Positions 48,658 through 62,420 of a stretch of DNA of 64,000 nucleotides are shown piece by piece. The stretch is from the human T2T-CHM13v2.0 reference genome, Homo sapiens. Positions within the stretch are counted from its first letter, which is position 1. Each line of letters opens with the position of its first letter. The position numbers and the translations under genes are program-made. The notes below the pieces were generated by a model. It worked only from the letters and a program-made list of their open reading frames with translations, did no database searches and was not told the DNA's origin. The stretch lies in NCBI RefSeq assembly GCF_009914755.1, contig NC_060928.1; one strand, 5' to 3'.

Positions 48658-50249
48658 TCGACCTCTACAGGCCTGATTGAGGCTTACCCTATCAGGACTG
48701 AGAAAGCTACCAAAGCCATCAAAGTAAAGCCTTTAATGAAGGAGATAATTCCTGTCTCCAATGTGAAAATGGAGCCACTTTTGTAGTTCAAGTAGCTCCA
48801 GAATTATCACAGCTATTGAGTATTAATTAAAAACTATGTTCATCTTGGAGAGTGCAATCTTCTGGAAAGACTGAAAGAATGAGTAAGACATTAAAGAAAT
48901 CTTTCTAGAATATGCCAAAAAACAAATCTTACACATAAAAATCTTGCCTCTTGCCCTGCCGAGAATGAGTATCACCCAGAAGTGGGTTGGCTCTTAACCC
49001 CTTTGAAATGTTGTATGAGAGATCATTTCTCTGTCTCGTGGAATACCTGTCACTTAAGGATTTTTCTTCCTCTGAAACAAGCTAGATTATATATAAAAAA
49101 AACTATGAAACACATTAATTAGTCTCTCTGAGTTTGCTTCCAAAAGACTCCAGTTCCCTATGGATGTGCCTCTTCACTCTGAAACCCGGGGAACAAGTCC
49201 TGCTGAAGACCTGGAAATCCACCAGGCTGAAGGTCGTCTGCAACAACAGGGTCAGCCCCTTCTCGGTGCTGCTGACCACCCACTCATCTGTCAAGTTAGG
49301 CAGTGTTAAGCCATGGATTCACTGCTTGGGTAAAACCTGCTCCTCTGGGACTCCTGCAGGGGATAGCCATGGTCTTGTGAATCCTTGAATGGCCTTAAAT
49401 TAATATTTAGAACTCAGACAAGGACTCTAGCTAAGTCAATTATCCCATGATACCCATCCCTAGCATGAACCAGGCAAAAAAGTTGATGACCTTATTCGCC
49501 ATGATGGAGAAATTGATAAGTAAAAGGGGAGACTGAAACCAGCCCAATTTTAACCTTACATCTTTTTTCAGGAAACTGACAATCAGGCCTTCTGTATGAT
49601 ATCAAGGAGCTGAGGCTTTTAGATCACTACACTCAATGAGATGTGCCTGTAGTCTGTTTGGCCAATTTCTCTTCCTTTCACCCTACTAATTCCTATCTTA
49701 CCACACATAGTTGCAATGAGGTGCTTGACCCTACATTTGGTCATCTGCTTCCTGTTGATCAACTCTTCACCCTGCTCCTCCTGTTTTCCTTCCCTGCTAT
49801 AAAAACACTTAACTTAGTTGAAGAGTGGGGATGGATTTGAGGTTTGACTCCTGTCTCTTTGGCTGATGTCACTGGTAATATAATAAAACTTTATTTCTTA
49901 GCAATACACATCGTCTCAGTGATTGGCTTTCTCTGTGGTGAGCAAGGAGACTTACTCCTTGCTCTGGTGTTTGGTGACACATATATCTGATCATCTTTCT
50001 GTCATCTAGGAAGCTATGTGGGGGCTGGCACTGTCACTGGGCAATAGGTGTGACTCAGTCTTTGTCTCCTCATTCTCTCCTTTCCACCCTCAGTATTAGA
50101 TCTTTTATAATTTACTCTCCCCTCCTCAGCATCACTCCAACTTCTTTTTTGAGATAGTTTAGTAATTTTTATTTTTATTTAATCTAAATATTCCCTGAAG
50201 AATATCTGTTTGTTTTTTAAAAAATTCTTTTATTTTTAATTTTTGTGGG

Positions 50250-50770
50250 TATGTAGATAGGAATCCCTTTCTCCCAGTTGAGATAGGGTTTCAGAATTGT
50301 GATCTGGCATACTTTTTTTCTCGTAAAAAGTAGGATTTTGTCTAGAGGAGACTTTGGAAGTATTTCATGAGAAGGTTACTCTTTTCCCTCATTCTGCCAG
50401 AACAGCAAGGAGATCTTTTTGGCTCCTCATAATGAAAATCTGGAAGGGTTCTTGGAAGGAGAGTCCATCAAAATATAGGTTATTCTAAGACTACAGCCCC
50501 ATTCCCGTTGTAGTCCATACTCAGCCTCCATCAATTATCAAAATTACTATTTTTCTTCAAGTTTTTGTTTCCACAGGTTTCTGCTCCAGGTAAGCAACTT
50601 TCAGTTGCTTTATTTCTTTGGATGCCCCTCTCTCTCCAGATTTTGGAGTGGCATTTGGCCTATGACATTAGTTCTTTAATGGGCCTTTGCAAAGTCATAG
50701 CTTTTTTATTGTAAGGATGGAAGTAAAGAATTCTAAAATCTTTACATGTTGGAGCTGAAACTAGAACAGC
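50250..50770 (-). mobile_element. Old L1M 5'-end fragment
   Basis: 'tttattgtaaggatggaagt...ctttacatgttggagctgaaactagaa'. Confidence 0.4.
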
Positions 50771-51719
50771 TCTAATGAATTTTTAGAATATGCTTCATGT
50801 ATTTCTGCCATGCTTTTTTGTACTGTCAAAGTAATGCTGCTTGTTATGTATTGATTTTCAAGGAATGCATATATACATGTACACATGTGCCTTAATATTG
50901 AATAACAAAACATTGTTAATATGCTAAAATGATTAAGTGAAATATGTAATACATTTCAGGTAAGATCATTAAAATCAAGACAATTTCTAAGAAAGTTTAT
51001 ATTTAACTGTGTATGCTTGAAATGGAAATAGAAAAGCCATGGTGTATTTAAAACACTTTGTTATACCTGCCAGGCAAGGAAGGGAATAAGACAGAGTTGC
51101 TAAGTGAGAAATACACGGACAGTCTGCAGATGTGGGTACTCCAGAGGAAGCAAATGGAATTCTATTATTTGGATAACATTTTGACAAAAGACTGTGCTGT
51201 GTGGAAGAGTGTAAGGCATAATTGCATAAAGGAACAAAGAGGGTTAAGAGCAAAGCAAGGCCACATAAACAAAGATTGTAAGGGTCAGGAAAAAATAATA
51301 TTAAGTAGTGGTGGATGAACCCCAGCCCACTGATGAGACAATGTTTTCAAAATTGTCCATTGTCTAAGCTCGTTTATCTGTGGATCAGTGTGCTTCATAT
51401 CCTTTGATGAGTGCAGCAAGCAGACATACCTATTCAACACTAAAATGATCAATTTATGATGCAAGGCATTTTACATCTTAAATTTCATGTAATATCAGGT
51501 ATTTTATAAGTGAAACATATTACTACTGATTTACTAATTAATATCCTCTAGCCATTAGATTTAGTATATTCATTATTTGTTCAGATAATAGTTTCAAATA
51601 TTTTCTTTATTGTAAATAGTTTTTTTTGACAGTAAATTAATCGTTTCTAGTTTTTCAGGGAAAGAACAAAGGAGACAATAAGACAATATCTAAAACAATA
51701 TTAAAAATAACCAATGTAT

Positions 51720-54700
51720 TGAGACCTGTATTCCTAATGCAAGATAAGGCCATGGGGCCTGAGGCACCACTAGACCCTGAGCCTTCACTGTTTAAGGAAG
51801 GGAATCCCCACATTCCCAATGGGGCATGGTACACAGATGGCTCTGCCTCAGTGCTACTGCTGCCTGGACCACTGTTGCAGTCCAGTCTACTACTGACACC
51901 ATATGGTTTGAAACTGGGTGTGGACAAAGTAGCCAATGGGCTGAACTTAGAGTAGTATGGATGGTGATCACCAAGGAGGTGACACCTTTGGTAATCTGTA
52001 CTGATAACTGGGCAGTCTATCAAAGCTTAACCTTGTGGTTAAGTACCTGGAAAATACAGAAGTAGCTAGTTGGCCACCGACTCATTTGGGGCCAGGCCAT
52101 GTGGCAAGACCTCTGGAAAATGGGCCATCAGAAAGAGGTAATTATTTATCATGTGCCAGGCCATATGCTTTTTTGCAACCCCAACAATGATAAGGCAAAT
52201 GCCTTGGCCAAGTTCCAATGGCTAGAGTCAGCACCAACACGAGATGTGGCCTTGTGGCTACACCAGAAATTGGGACATATGGGAATTAAACTTATGCAAC
52301 AGGTCAATTAGTGTTGGGGTCTGTCCCTGACCAAGCAAGACCTTTGGGAGGCTTGTCAGAAATGCCAAGCATGTGCTCAGGCATACCCTAAATGGAGGCA
52401 GCAGCCCAGTGTTACACAATGAGTAACAATACGGTGAGTGCCCTTGACCAGGTGGCAAGTAGACTACATCGGGCCACTGCTGAAGTCACAAGGGTATATG
52501 CATGTGTTAACAGCTGTAGACGTGGCCACAGGCTTGTTCGCCTACCCCTGCAGGGCGGCCGACCAACATCATACCATTCGAGTCCTACAACACTTACGTG
52601 CCCTGTATGGTTGCCCTCTGTCCATTGAGAGTGATAGTGAAACACATTTCACTGGATAACTGGTACAACAATGGGCACAACAAGTGGACATAAAATGCCA
52701 TACAACCCACAAGCTGCAGGTATGAATGAGTGATATTACAGCCTGTTGAAGAATGGGTTACACTTGCATGCCACTCCCCATCTTGGTGGGGCTGGAGTTC
52801 CAGGCTGGACCTACTGCTCCAAACCTTGAATGAACAGCCACAGAAAGATAGGCCAGCCCCAGTGGAGGCTTTGTTACACTAGGCCACCACCCCCATTCAT
52901 TTGCAGATACATACCAAGGATGACCACCTCCCACCAGGTATGGGGACAAATGGTAACCTGTTGTTGCCTGTCACAACACCCCTGAAGGCAGGGTTACAGA
53001 AAACCTGGCTGTGGCCATGGACACTCCAGGCACCCCACTGCCGGTGCTTGGCTATTGTAGCTCACTGGGGGGAGGGCCTACAGTATGACTCGCATGTCAC
53101 TCCTTGGGTGTTCAATACATGGCCCCCACGGTTGACTGTTCATAGGGAAATGGGCCAGGGAAGAAACCCTCCTCTGAGGAACAAACGTACTGCCTGTGTG
53201 GCCTATTATGAGCTCCCCTGTGACTTTGGCACACATACAGGACTCAAAGGAACCATGGGGAGCTGAAAAGGTGTGGTACCATTGCCCAGGGCAAAAGCCT
53301 TTGGTGGCTGCATTGTTATCCAGAGATGAGAGGTGATATGGCTGTGTCCCTACCCAAATCACAACTTGGATTGTATCTCCCAGAATTCCCACGTGTTGTG
53401 TGAGGGATGCAGGGGGAGGTAATTAAATCATGGGGTCCAGTCTTTCTTGTGCTATTCTTATGATAGTGAAAAAGTCTCATGAGATTTGATTGGTTTATCA
53501 CAGGTTTCCACTTTTGCTTCTTCCTCATGTTCTCTTGCCACTGCCATGTAAGAAGTGCCTTTCACCTCCCACCATGATTCTGAGACCTCCCCAGCCATGT
53601 GGAACTGTAAATCCAATTAAAACTCTTTTTCTTTCCAGTCTCAGGTATGTCTTTATCAGAAGCTTGAAAATGGACTAATATAAAAGGTTAGCCTTTATTT
53701 TGCCTGAAGGATGTGATTTACCTCTGTTAGTACCTGTGCTTCCTCTGTCATTTTGACCATAGATTAACATGCTCCAACTGCATTTGGACTGGGCCCACAA
53801 CTATGCTGAGGTGGCCAATGTTTCCATCTGTTAGATCTGCCCTGCCTTTCCAGTACCAGCTGCAGAAGGCTTGCCTTGGCACATACATTCAGCGTCTTCA
53901 GAGGACTGGACATGGCTGGAGACTGGGGTCCCATGGCTGATGCCTGGACAAGCTCTGGACAAAGGATGCTGTAAGACCCACAGTGTGCCTTCCCCACGGC
54001 TGGCCCATAGCGTTTATGATGGGTGGGACTGGCTAGCGGGGGCACATGTAATACCCCAAGCCCATGCACTGCAGCGCATACAGCGACACTGGGGTAACAC
54101 CCCTGTGGGATAGGTATCTGTCACAGCCTGTGTAAACATAACACATGTCATCACACTGAAGGTATGGTGGAACAAGCAGCCCCACCAAGGCCAGGCCCTG
54201 ATGGATTTTGTGCCCCCTGGGAGTTTATGGGTCTCTGAGGACACAGGGTGGCCTTACCTACCAGTGGACTGGACTGGATATTGTCCCTGGGGATGGCCTT
54301 ATTTATCTGCCACTGTTCTCCCTACATTGCCAGACACCTGTATAACTAGGAGGAGCTGTGCTCTTGGTTTTATTGAATGCAATGAGCCCCCTGGTGGTTC
54401 TACCCCTTGGTAATGTTTCATAACTATAGAAGCACAAGTTACTACTCTTGCAGAGCACATTGCTTGGGCTCTGAATTACACTCCAGTGGCCCTTGTCCTG
54501 TTAACAGGTGAGGTTGATCAGATCAGAAATGTTGTGTTGCAAAATCGAATAGCCTTAGACATAATAACTGCTGCCCAAGGAGGCACCTGTGCCCTTGTAG
54601 GAACACAGTGTTATACCTTTATCCCTGACCATGGGCAGAACATAACAGCAGCCCTACAAGGGGTCTCATGGGAGATTAAGGTGGTTGAGAGCCTTACTCA

Positions 54701-55196
54701 CAAATCCCTGCAGAGATGGTGGGCATCCCTAGGCTCTGGCCTATGCTGGGCCCTAATAATAGCATAGCTGGGATCCTAGCAGTGACCTGTTGTTCTCTGT
54801 ATTATTGTTGTGGGTTATGGATTCAGGGCTTCACCCTATGGGCATGTGTCCCAGCCTGGAGAATGCCCTTGGCCTAGGGAGTGGAGTGCAAGGGAAATGA
54901 CTGCAGTTTAGCCAGGAGTAGGCCAAGGTGGCTTTCTGGCATAGCATGACTCAGCGGGTTTGGAGCACAGGCACACAACTCTGCACATTATGTAACCATG
55001 TGAGGCACATTAGGCGATCATACACGTGAGCTCATGATTGGCTTGGAGCCACTATTGTCTGTAAGAGGTATAATTACCCTGCTAACACTATACATACAGC
55101 TTGTGCCCAGGCTTACTCACACCCAGAGAGAGAGTAATGCCATGTCAAAACTGTCTACAATTCCTCAAGTGTTTTTCCAGCTACCTGTCACCCCAC
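51720..55196 (+). mobile_element. HERV-S/HERVL18-like 3' half provirus: RNase H, integrase, env, LTR18-like 3' LTR (from 54887)
   Basis: WYTDGS; SSQWAELR; VICTDNWA; HQKLGH; WQVDYIGPL; IESDSETHFTG; env TM LQNRIALDIITAAQGGTCALVGTQCY; purine tract then tgcaagggaaatg. Confidence 0.88.
53334..53682 (+). mobile_element. THE1 (A-like) solo LTR nested in the HERV-S remnant
   Basis: tgatatggctgtgtccc...ggactaatata; 5-bp TSD agagg/aaagg. Confidence 0.9.
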
Positions 55197-56389
55197 AAAA
55201 ATAGTTACACTTTAAAATTGTTCTTAAAATGTATTAAAATATAACTAGAATGCTCCAGATTCTTGTACAAACAGTTCTAGCAATTACAACAATTGTGTAA
55301 TGAGAATTCACATCCATGTTACTCATTCTAGTAATGCAAAAACCATTTTAATGTGTATTATGTATCTAGTATTTGCTGGACATTGTGCTTATTAGTGATT
55401 CAAAAAATGTTATGGCTTTGATTACTAACTAATGCTTACAGATATTGCACTGTGGCTACAGAGAATGAATTCAGTTTGTATTTTGTTTTCTTTAGGGAAT
55501 TGTTTACATTATGTTTCCTTTTCATCACCCCCAGAAGTCATTTAGTTGAAACAAAGGCAATATCTTCATGACTAATTTACTACACTCATTTTTTATTTCT
55601 GGTAGAAACAAAGTTTGGTAGTAGCAAATAACTAGAAAAGAACAAACCTGGAGGAATAAAAAATTTTCTTAAACCTTTCTTATGAACACAAAACTATACT
55701 TTTATTAATCTTGATGGTATGTTGCAAGTTAAATAATACCAATTTACATGGAAGAAAGAAATACAACATAGGCAACACCTGACTCTTGTGTGACTCATAA
55801 AAAATTCCGGAGTAAATAACTCTCAATGATTAACATTTGAGGAAATAATTCTTAATAAAATTAGGCTAGCAAAAATTAGAAAGCAACAAAAATAGCAATT
55901 GATAATCATAGAAAACTAAAGACAACACTGATATACACAAATACTATATAATATCTTTCCATAAGGTTACAACTATTTAAAACATTCTGTGTCTATAACA
56001 TTTTCTGGTAGAAACCTGATAAAGAGATCTCAGGAAATCCTCTTAGTAGATTGATTTTATTATAAAAATACCAAAGTCTATTTCATTTAGTATATTACTG
56101 TTAAATGGTTCTTAGTTTTATGTAACAGAGTAAAGGTTTTAGAATTATCTTTATGACACAAATCTGCTTTTCTGTATTGAATCATTTTTTAGCTCATTAA
56201 GATCACAGTCCTTGTCAAACACTTGTATATTTGTTTCATGGACTATTCTAAATTTAACGCTTGAACAGATTTGTTGTCAAATTTAAGGGATGGAGAAACC
56301 CAAATTATTTTAATTCTAACAAAATCCATTAACACAGTTCTAGACTTGATAAAAAATTAAATGTTTTATTTATTGCAGTTAGTCATTTA

Positions 56390-56660
56390 GTCATTTAAAT
56401 ATATATCCATTCAATGCCCATCTGTGTGTGGCATTTCTCTAGGGGCTAGAGATGTAAACATTATGAAGACCAGTGAGATTTCTGCTCACTTGGAGCTTAC
56501 AATAGTAAGAAATTACACACTGCAATATGTGTAACATAGGAAACAGACAATAGATCTATGTGGCAGAATAATGGAGGTGCTGGGAATGGTGGTGGTAAGG
56601 CAGAGCTGACCTTTTACCAGATAGGGTCATCAGAGAATGGTTCTTTGAAAGACTGGCATT
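56390..56660 (-). mobile_element. L2 3' fragment
   Basis: 'aatgcccatctgtgtgtggcatttctctaggggctagagat...ctgctcacttggagcttacaat'. Confidence 0.6.
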
Positions 56661-57148
56661 TGTATTAGTGCCCTGTTTCTTCTGTAACAACCACAAATTT
56701 AGTGGCTTAAAACAATACATATTTTCTCACACTTGTGAAGTTCAGAAATCCAAAAATGTCTCAGTGAACATCAAAGTGTCACCAGGGCTGTTTTTCTCTT
56801 TGCTATAGGCAAGAATCCATTTCCTCATATTTTCTAGCTCCTAGACACTGCCCACATTCCTTGGTTTATGGCTGCCTTCTTCCACTTTCAGCACCATTGA
56901 ATATAGGTTGAGTTTTCACATTGAATCATTCTGACCTCTTATAATCAAATTCATCTCTATCTCCCTTTTCATCTATAAACATCCTTGTGGTTACATCAGG
57001 CTCATATAATAATCCAGGATAATCCCCTTTCTCAAAATCTTTAACTTAATTAGATCTCCTAACTCCTTTTGCCATATAAGATAACATATTTACAGCTTCT
57101 TAAGGTTACGATGTGAACATTTGGTAGACCATTACTTTGTCTGTCACA
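56661..57148 (-). mobile_element. MLT1 solo LTR
   Basis: tgtattag..ccacaaatttagtggcttaaaacaa..aatccaggataatccc..caca; TSD gcatt/acatt. Confidence 0.82.
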
Positions 57149-57340
57149 ACATTTAAGTTAAATCTCATGAAAATCAAGCTTGTAAAAAAGGGGAGAAAAT
57201 TCATTGTGTATACTGGCTCTGAGTCTAGAAAGCACTTGAAATATTGCAGGAATTGAAATTATATTACTGTGAATGTCTCATAGTGAACAACAGGGTGTCA
57301 TGTGATGAAATTTTGTACCACAAAAATTTAGTTTACAAGC

Positions 57341-57715
57341 TGTGTTAGGCCATTCTTACATTGGCATAAAGAAATACCTGAGATGATAATTTACAAGAAA
57401 AGAGATTTAATTGGCTCACTGTTCTTCAGGCTATACAGGAAGCATAGTACCAGCATCAGCCTCTGGTGGGGCCTTAGAAAGCTTCCAATCATGTCAGAAG
57501 GCAAAGTGGGAGGAGCAGCGAGAGAGAGAGTTGGGGGTTAGCAAACACACACTTAAAACAACCAGATCTTGTGAGAATGCACTATCTCTAGGACAGCACC
57601 AAGCCATGAGGGATCTGTCCCCACGACTGAAACACCACCCACCAGGTCCCGTCTCCAACATTGGGATTACAATTCAACATGAGATTTGGCAGGAACCTAT
57701 ATTCAAACTACATCA
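57341..57715 (-). mobile_element. MSTB-like solo LTR
   Basis: tgtgttaggccattctt..ttcaacatgagatttgg..acatca; TSD caagc/caaac. Confidence 0.85.
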
Positions 57716-57859
57716 CAAACCATCAAATATAGAATGTGGTGAAACCTGATATGGAAATGATGTTAGATCTGTGTACTAACCATCTCTGTTCTACTTTCTA
57801 TTTCACTTTTTCTTATGTTCTGAAGATTTTTCTTGTGTCCTCACCTAGAAAGTAAAGCC

Positions 57860-58010
57860 TGTCTTAGTTTGGATTGTCATAAAAACAGACCCTGAGATAA
57901 GGTTTTGAGTGTAAGTAGTTTATTGGAAAGTATGAGGATCCCTGATGGGAGCTGAGAAGGTAATATAAGGAGAGGAAGGCCATATGCTATCCAGTAGATG
58001 ATTGAAGCTT
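57860..58010 (-). mobile_element. Old ERVL LTR fragment (LTR16/33-like)
   Basis: 'tgtcttagtttggatt..cagaccctgagataaggttttgagtgtaagtagtttattgg'. Confidence 0.45.
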
Positions 58011-59471
58011 ACTGTTATGGGGGAAATCTGGGAAAATGTCCAAATGTCCAAAGGGCCAAGAAAATTGCTCTATAATGCACCAATTCTCAAGAGCCATAGT
58101 TTGAGGGATGCCCTTGGAGAATGTTTTCTCAGTATTTCATGCTTTTTGTATAGGAAGAACAGCAAAAGAATACCAGTTTCTAAAATCCCAGGAGAAACAG
58201 TCATCAGGCAGAGGCATTCGAAGGTCTGGAAAGTGTACTAGGAGTCATTCAGATATGGTGATGTCCACTATAAGGCCCTTAAAAACATGATTGTCCTATT
58301 CTTCTAAATCACAATTGTCTAAGGTAATGTAGAAAAGATGCAAAAAGCTGCCAGCTGTGGTTATTGACATTCTCAGTACTGCCAATTTGGTTCCAAAGAG
58401 CGCAGAGCACACTGTATATGGCAGAATTTGCTTTAGCATACCAGCACTTATGATTCATTGTCCTTGGCTTGGGATAGACTAGATAATAAAGAATGCTGTC
58501 ACCCTGAAAAAGATGAAATTCTTTCCTTATAATATTCTCAGGACCAACCCTATTAACTTGTCAACATGACAAGGCATTATATAATAAAATGCAGACAGTC
58601 TGTATTTACTTTGAATTCTGAATGGAATGGACAAATCCCTGATATACAAGAGATGTGGAGAAAAATAAATGGGATTTGCAACACTTTCCAATGATTTAAT
58701 GCTGATTTTTTCTGTTTCAGAAAAAGATCCTTTCACTGTCTTGTTTTCCCTCTGATGTGGGTATTTTATCTTAATAGAATTTTGTAAAATACTGACACCT
58801 TATAAAGAGGCAGACATTTACTGCTCTACTATGGTTTTTCATGGAGAACTGTCAAAATATGTTTTATGGTTCTTTATTTTTCTTTTCACACTTCTTTCTC
58901 AGTAATGTTCTCTTAGAAACCTGGCCCAAATTGAATTTTACCTTCCTTTGTACTTAGTGAAGCACAGCCCAAAACAGTTCTGATATGTCTCTTTCTATTT
59001 CTGGTAACCATAACTTTATGGCACCGTTATGTAATAAAGCTTTTCTCAAGGGAAAATGTGTGAAATATTTTTATTAGGAACTAATATAGACTATCACATG
59101 GGAGCATCAAGGGAATATGAGGTTTAAACCTCGCATCTCTGCTACTGTTAAATGTAGTAATGAATGGTCAATTTAACAGACTAAAATGTTTCTAGTCAAT
59201 GCTATTTCCCACAATTAGTATGTTATCTGTACATCGTTCAACAAAGTAATCATTCTTTGTCAAAAAGTCCTATTTGAATATCAGGTTCTATACTGTACAG
59301 TAGCCCTTTTGCTCTAAGACAGCATTTTTGTATAAGAAAAAAATAGTAGTTTCTATTTTTAAGGATGTTATTCTTGACTTAGTTTCATTAACTCTGAAAT
59401 AATCTATCAAGTCATTTGGATCACGTCATGAAACTTAAAGAGATGAACAGATAATAAAATATATCCCACAC

Positions 59472-59882
59472 TGTAATGTACAGAACAGTGGTCCCAAATG
59501 TATGTTTATGTCTCAATCTCTAGAATCTGTAAATATGACTTTACATGGTATAAAAATGAATATTACTGTATATGGCAAAATATGATTGTGTTTAAGATCA
59601 TTGTGTATCCTTAAACAGACAAAGTGACAGACACACAAGATGATATGAAGACTAAGACAGACATTGGAATAATGTGGCCACAAACTTCCAAGGAATGGTA
59701 ACAGTCACCAGAAGCTAGACAAAGCAAGACATAGTGTCCCCCAGAGGCTGCAGAGGAAATGGGATCTTGCCGGCACCTTAACTTTGGACTTCTGGCCTCC
59801 AGAGCTGTGAGAATAAATTTTTGTTGTTTTAAGTGACCAAATTTGTGGTAATTTGTTACAGTAGCCACAGGAAACCAACACA
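59472..59882 (+). mobile_element. MLT1 (C/D-like) solo LTR
   Basis: 'ggacttctggcctccagagctgtgagaataaattt..ttgtggtaatttgttacagtagccacaggaaaccaacaca'. Confidence 0.82.
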
Positions 59883-59989
59883 CCCTCTTTCCATTGGTAG
59901 AAGATAATAATGGAAATCATGTTGTAGACTTCACAAGTTTGAGGCCAATTAAAAGAAAATATGTATATGCTATACCTTTTGTTTGTTTT

Positions 59990-61500
59990 GGAACTTTCTA
60001 TTTAATGTTGAGTAGATACAAAATAATTCTTATAAAATACATATAAGGAAAAAGAATCACAATACAACAAACAACTATGTACTCATCAGTCAGTTAGGAA
60101 ATGAACATCATCATTTACTTGGTACCCCTCACCAATCCCATCCATAGCTCTTCCTTTTTGGATTAATCATTTATCTAATTTTTCTGTTTATCACTATTTT
60201 TAAAATAATTTTATTTGTATTTTTAAACAAGATATTGATTATTGTTGGATATTTTTTAATTTTATATTGATGAAATCATTGTATACTTCTGAAAGTTGTA
60301 TATTTCTACTCAACATAAAATTCTGGAAATTCACTTATGTTGCTCCACATAATTTATTCATTTTTTTCTACTGTGTGATATTGCAGTATCTAATTATTAG
60401 ACTAATGATATGGTTTGGCTGTGTGCCCACCCAAATCTCATCTTGAATTGTAGTTCCCATAATCTCCACATGTCATGGGAGGGATGTGGTGGGAGGTAAT
60501 AGAATCATGAAAATGCTTCATGATTCTCTCTTGCCACCATGTGAAGGACATGAGCTTCCCCTTCCACCATGATTGTAAGTTTCCTGAGGCTTCCCTAGCC
60601 ATGCTGAGCTGTGATCAATTAAACCTCTTTCCTTTATAAATTACCCAGTCTGGAGTATGTCTTTGTTAGCAGCATTAGAATGGACTAATACAACCCTAAT
60701 TTATTTCTGCATTATATTGTTGATGGATTTGTGGTTTCTTTTATTTTGATATTAAAAAATCTTTGCTTCCCTATCTTGGTGAATTTGTACAAGATTTTGC
60801 TGCCATATATATCTACGAGTAGAATTACTTGTGTCATTGAGTTTAAATATTTCCAGGTAATTAGAATTTTTTTTAAAGCTTGAATCAAACTTCCGTAGAA
60901 GTAAACGATAGTTACAATTTCTCCAAATCTTTCTCAATAGTTTATATTATCAGACTTCTTAATGTGTGCCAAATGCTTGGTTGTGAAATGATATCACAAT
61001 TTAGCTTGTTAATGCTTACATGCTATTATACATTTATTGGTCATTTGGGCATTATCCATCTTTGATAGTTTTATTAAAATCTCTTTATTAGTTTTTGTAT
61101 TTGTGTTTGTTTATATTGATTTACAAGTATGCTTTATATTTTCTTAATTCTAATCCTTATTAGTTGCCTGTATTACAGATAACATCTCTCACCTGCTGTG
61201 CTCAGTTTTTACTTAGTTTTATAGTGTCTTTGTTTTTAAAAGTCTTATTTTAATGTGTAGAACAGTCTAACTTTTCATTTGTAATTGTTCTTGGGTCTTC
61301 TTTATGAAATTCTTTTAAAAAATGAGGTCTTGATTTCATCTTACAAATTTAGGTCTTTATTATATCAGGAATTTATTTTTTACATGTTGTATATGGTAAG
61401 AAATCTAATTTCATTTTTATTCCATATACGTTGACAATGATCCTGGGGGCATTTATTAATAGCTAAATAAGTAATTACTTTTATTTGTGATCTAATATAA
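59990..61500 (-). mobile_element. Ancient L1ME 3' region, interrupted by a MaLR LTR
   Basis: T-rich antisense L1ME motifs (tttattggtcatttgg, aatctaatttcattttt). Confidence 0.55.
60406..60692 (+). mobile_element. THE1D/MSTA-like LTR with internal deletion
   Basis: tgatatggtttggctgtg...ggactaataca, only ~290 bp. Confidence 0.85.
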
Positions 61501-62029
61501 CAGCTCTACAATAAATAAAAATGCAACAATTATTGCATGGCTTAGTTATTAAACATCAAGAAACTATACAGGCCATTAATTCAGCCCATATATAGTTAGT
61601 GCTTAGGTTTCTTTGGTTCAAGCTAATATTTGAAGGCAGTATTTTAAATTCGTCTTTTTCCCCCTGGGATTTCAGAAAAATAACAAATTAATCTATTCTG
61701 TATGTGTGCTTCAAGAAAATAGTCATTTGTTTCTAGTAACTTGTGGTTTACTCTTTCATTCAAATTCAAGCATTTATTTACCACCATCTATATGAAACAC
61801 TATATTACACAGTTCAAATATTACAGTAAATAATATTCCTGATCCTGGATTTCATTAACCTGTGATTTAACAGGAAAAATGGCCACTAAATGAGTTAATA
61901 TAATGGCAACAAAAATAGTGAAAAAGAGATGTACACAGTGCTACCAAAGTGTATGTCAAAGTGGCATCAGTATTTTATATACTCATAAATGTGGAAAATT
62001 TGGGAAAACCTACCTTGGCCCTTTTAGAA

Positions 62030-62420
62030 AACCTTCCTAGTTGCCTGAGTAACATGGAAATGTTGCACTAGACTGTGATTTCTCCTATAAGAAAAATATT
62101 ACTGCTATAAATATACATGCTTATTTTCCCCCTTACCATTAAAGCCATATTGTGAGGAAGTTGAGGCTTCATGCAGACATCACATGTGAAAAATCTCAGC
62201 CAGCCATGTGAAACCCCACAACAGCCAGCATAAATTGCCAGACATGTGAGTGAGTAAACCTCCGGCTGATTCCAGTCCCAGGTTGTCAAGTCAGTGTAGG
62301 CTTTTTAATCTTTCCAGCCATATCTGCTAGGTCTTGTCCAAATTCTTGATTCTCAAAATCCATGACAATAAAATAATTGTTTTAAACTACATTTTGAAGT
62401 TTTTTGTTATACAGCAATTG
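62030..62420 (+). mobile_element. Old MLT1 LTR
   Basis: 'tgccagacatgtgagtgag..gattccagtccca..aaaatccatgacaataaaataattgttttaaactac..ttgttatacagcaat'. Confidence 0.65.

Larger units (their letters stand above)
44089..49979 (+). mobile_element. MER4-group (ERV1) non-autonomous provirus remnant ending in a LOR1-like 3' LTR (49534-49979)
   Basis: AT-rich MER4-type internal motifs (ggctagagttccaaggtaaaagctatt), integrase remnant ~48660-49400 (TGLIEAYPIRTEKA, LKPGEQVLLKTW, KPWIH), PPT aaaagggga then tgaaaccagcccaatt...tggtgaca. Confidence 0.75.

Noticed and set aside
54486-54767. env TM ORF as a domesticated syncytin-like gene
   Set aside because: Only 93 aa, GTG start, SU frame-broken, furin site and CX6CC mutated
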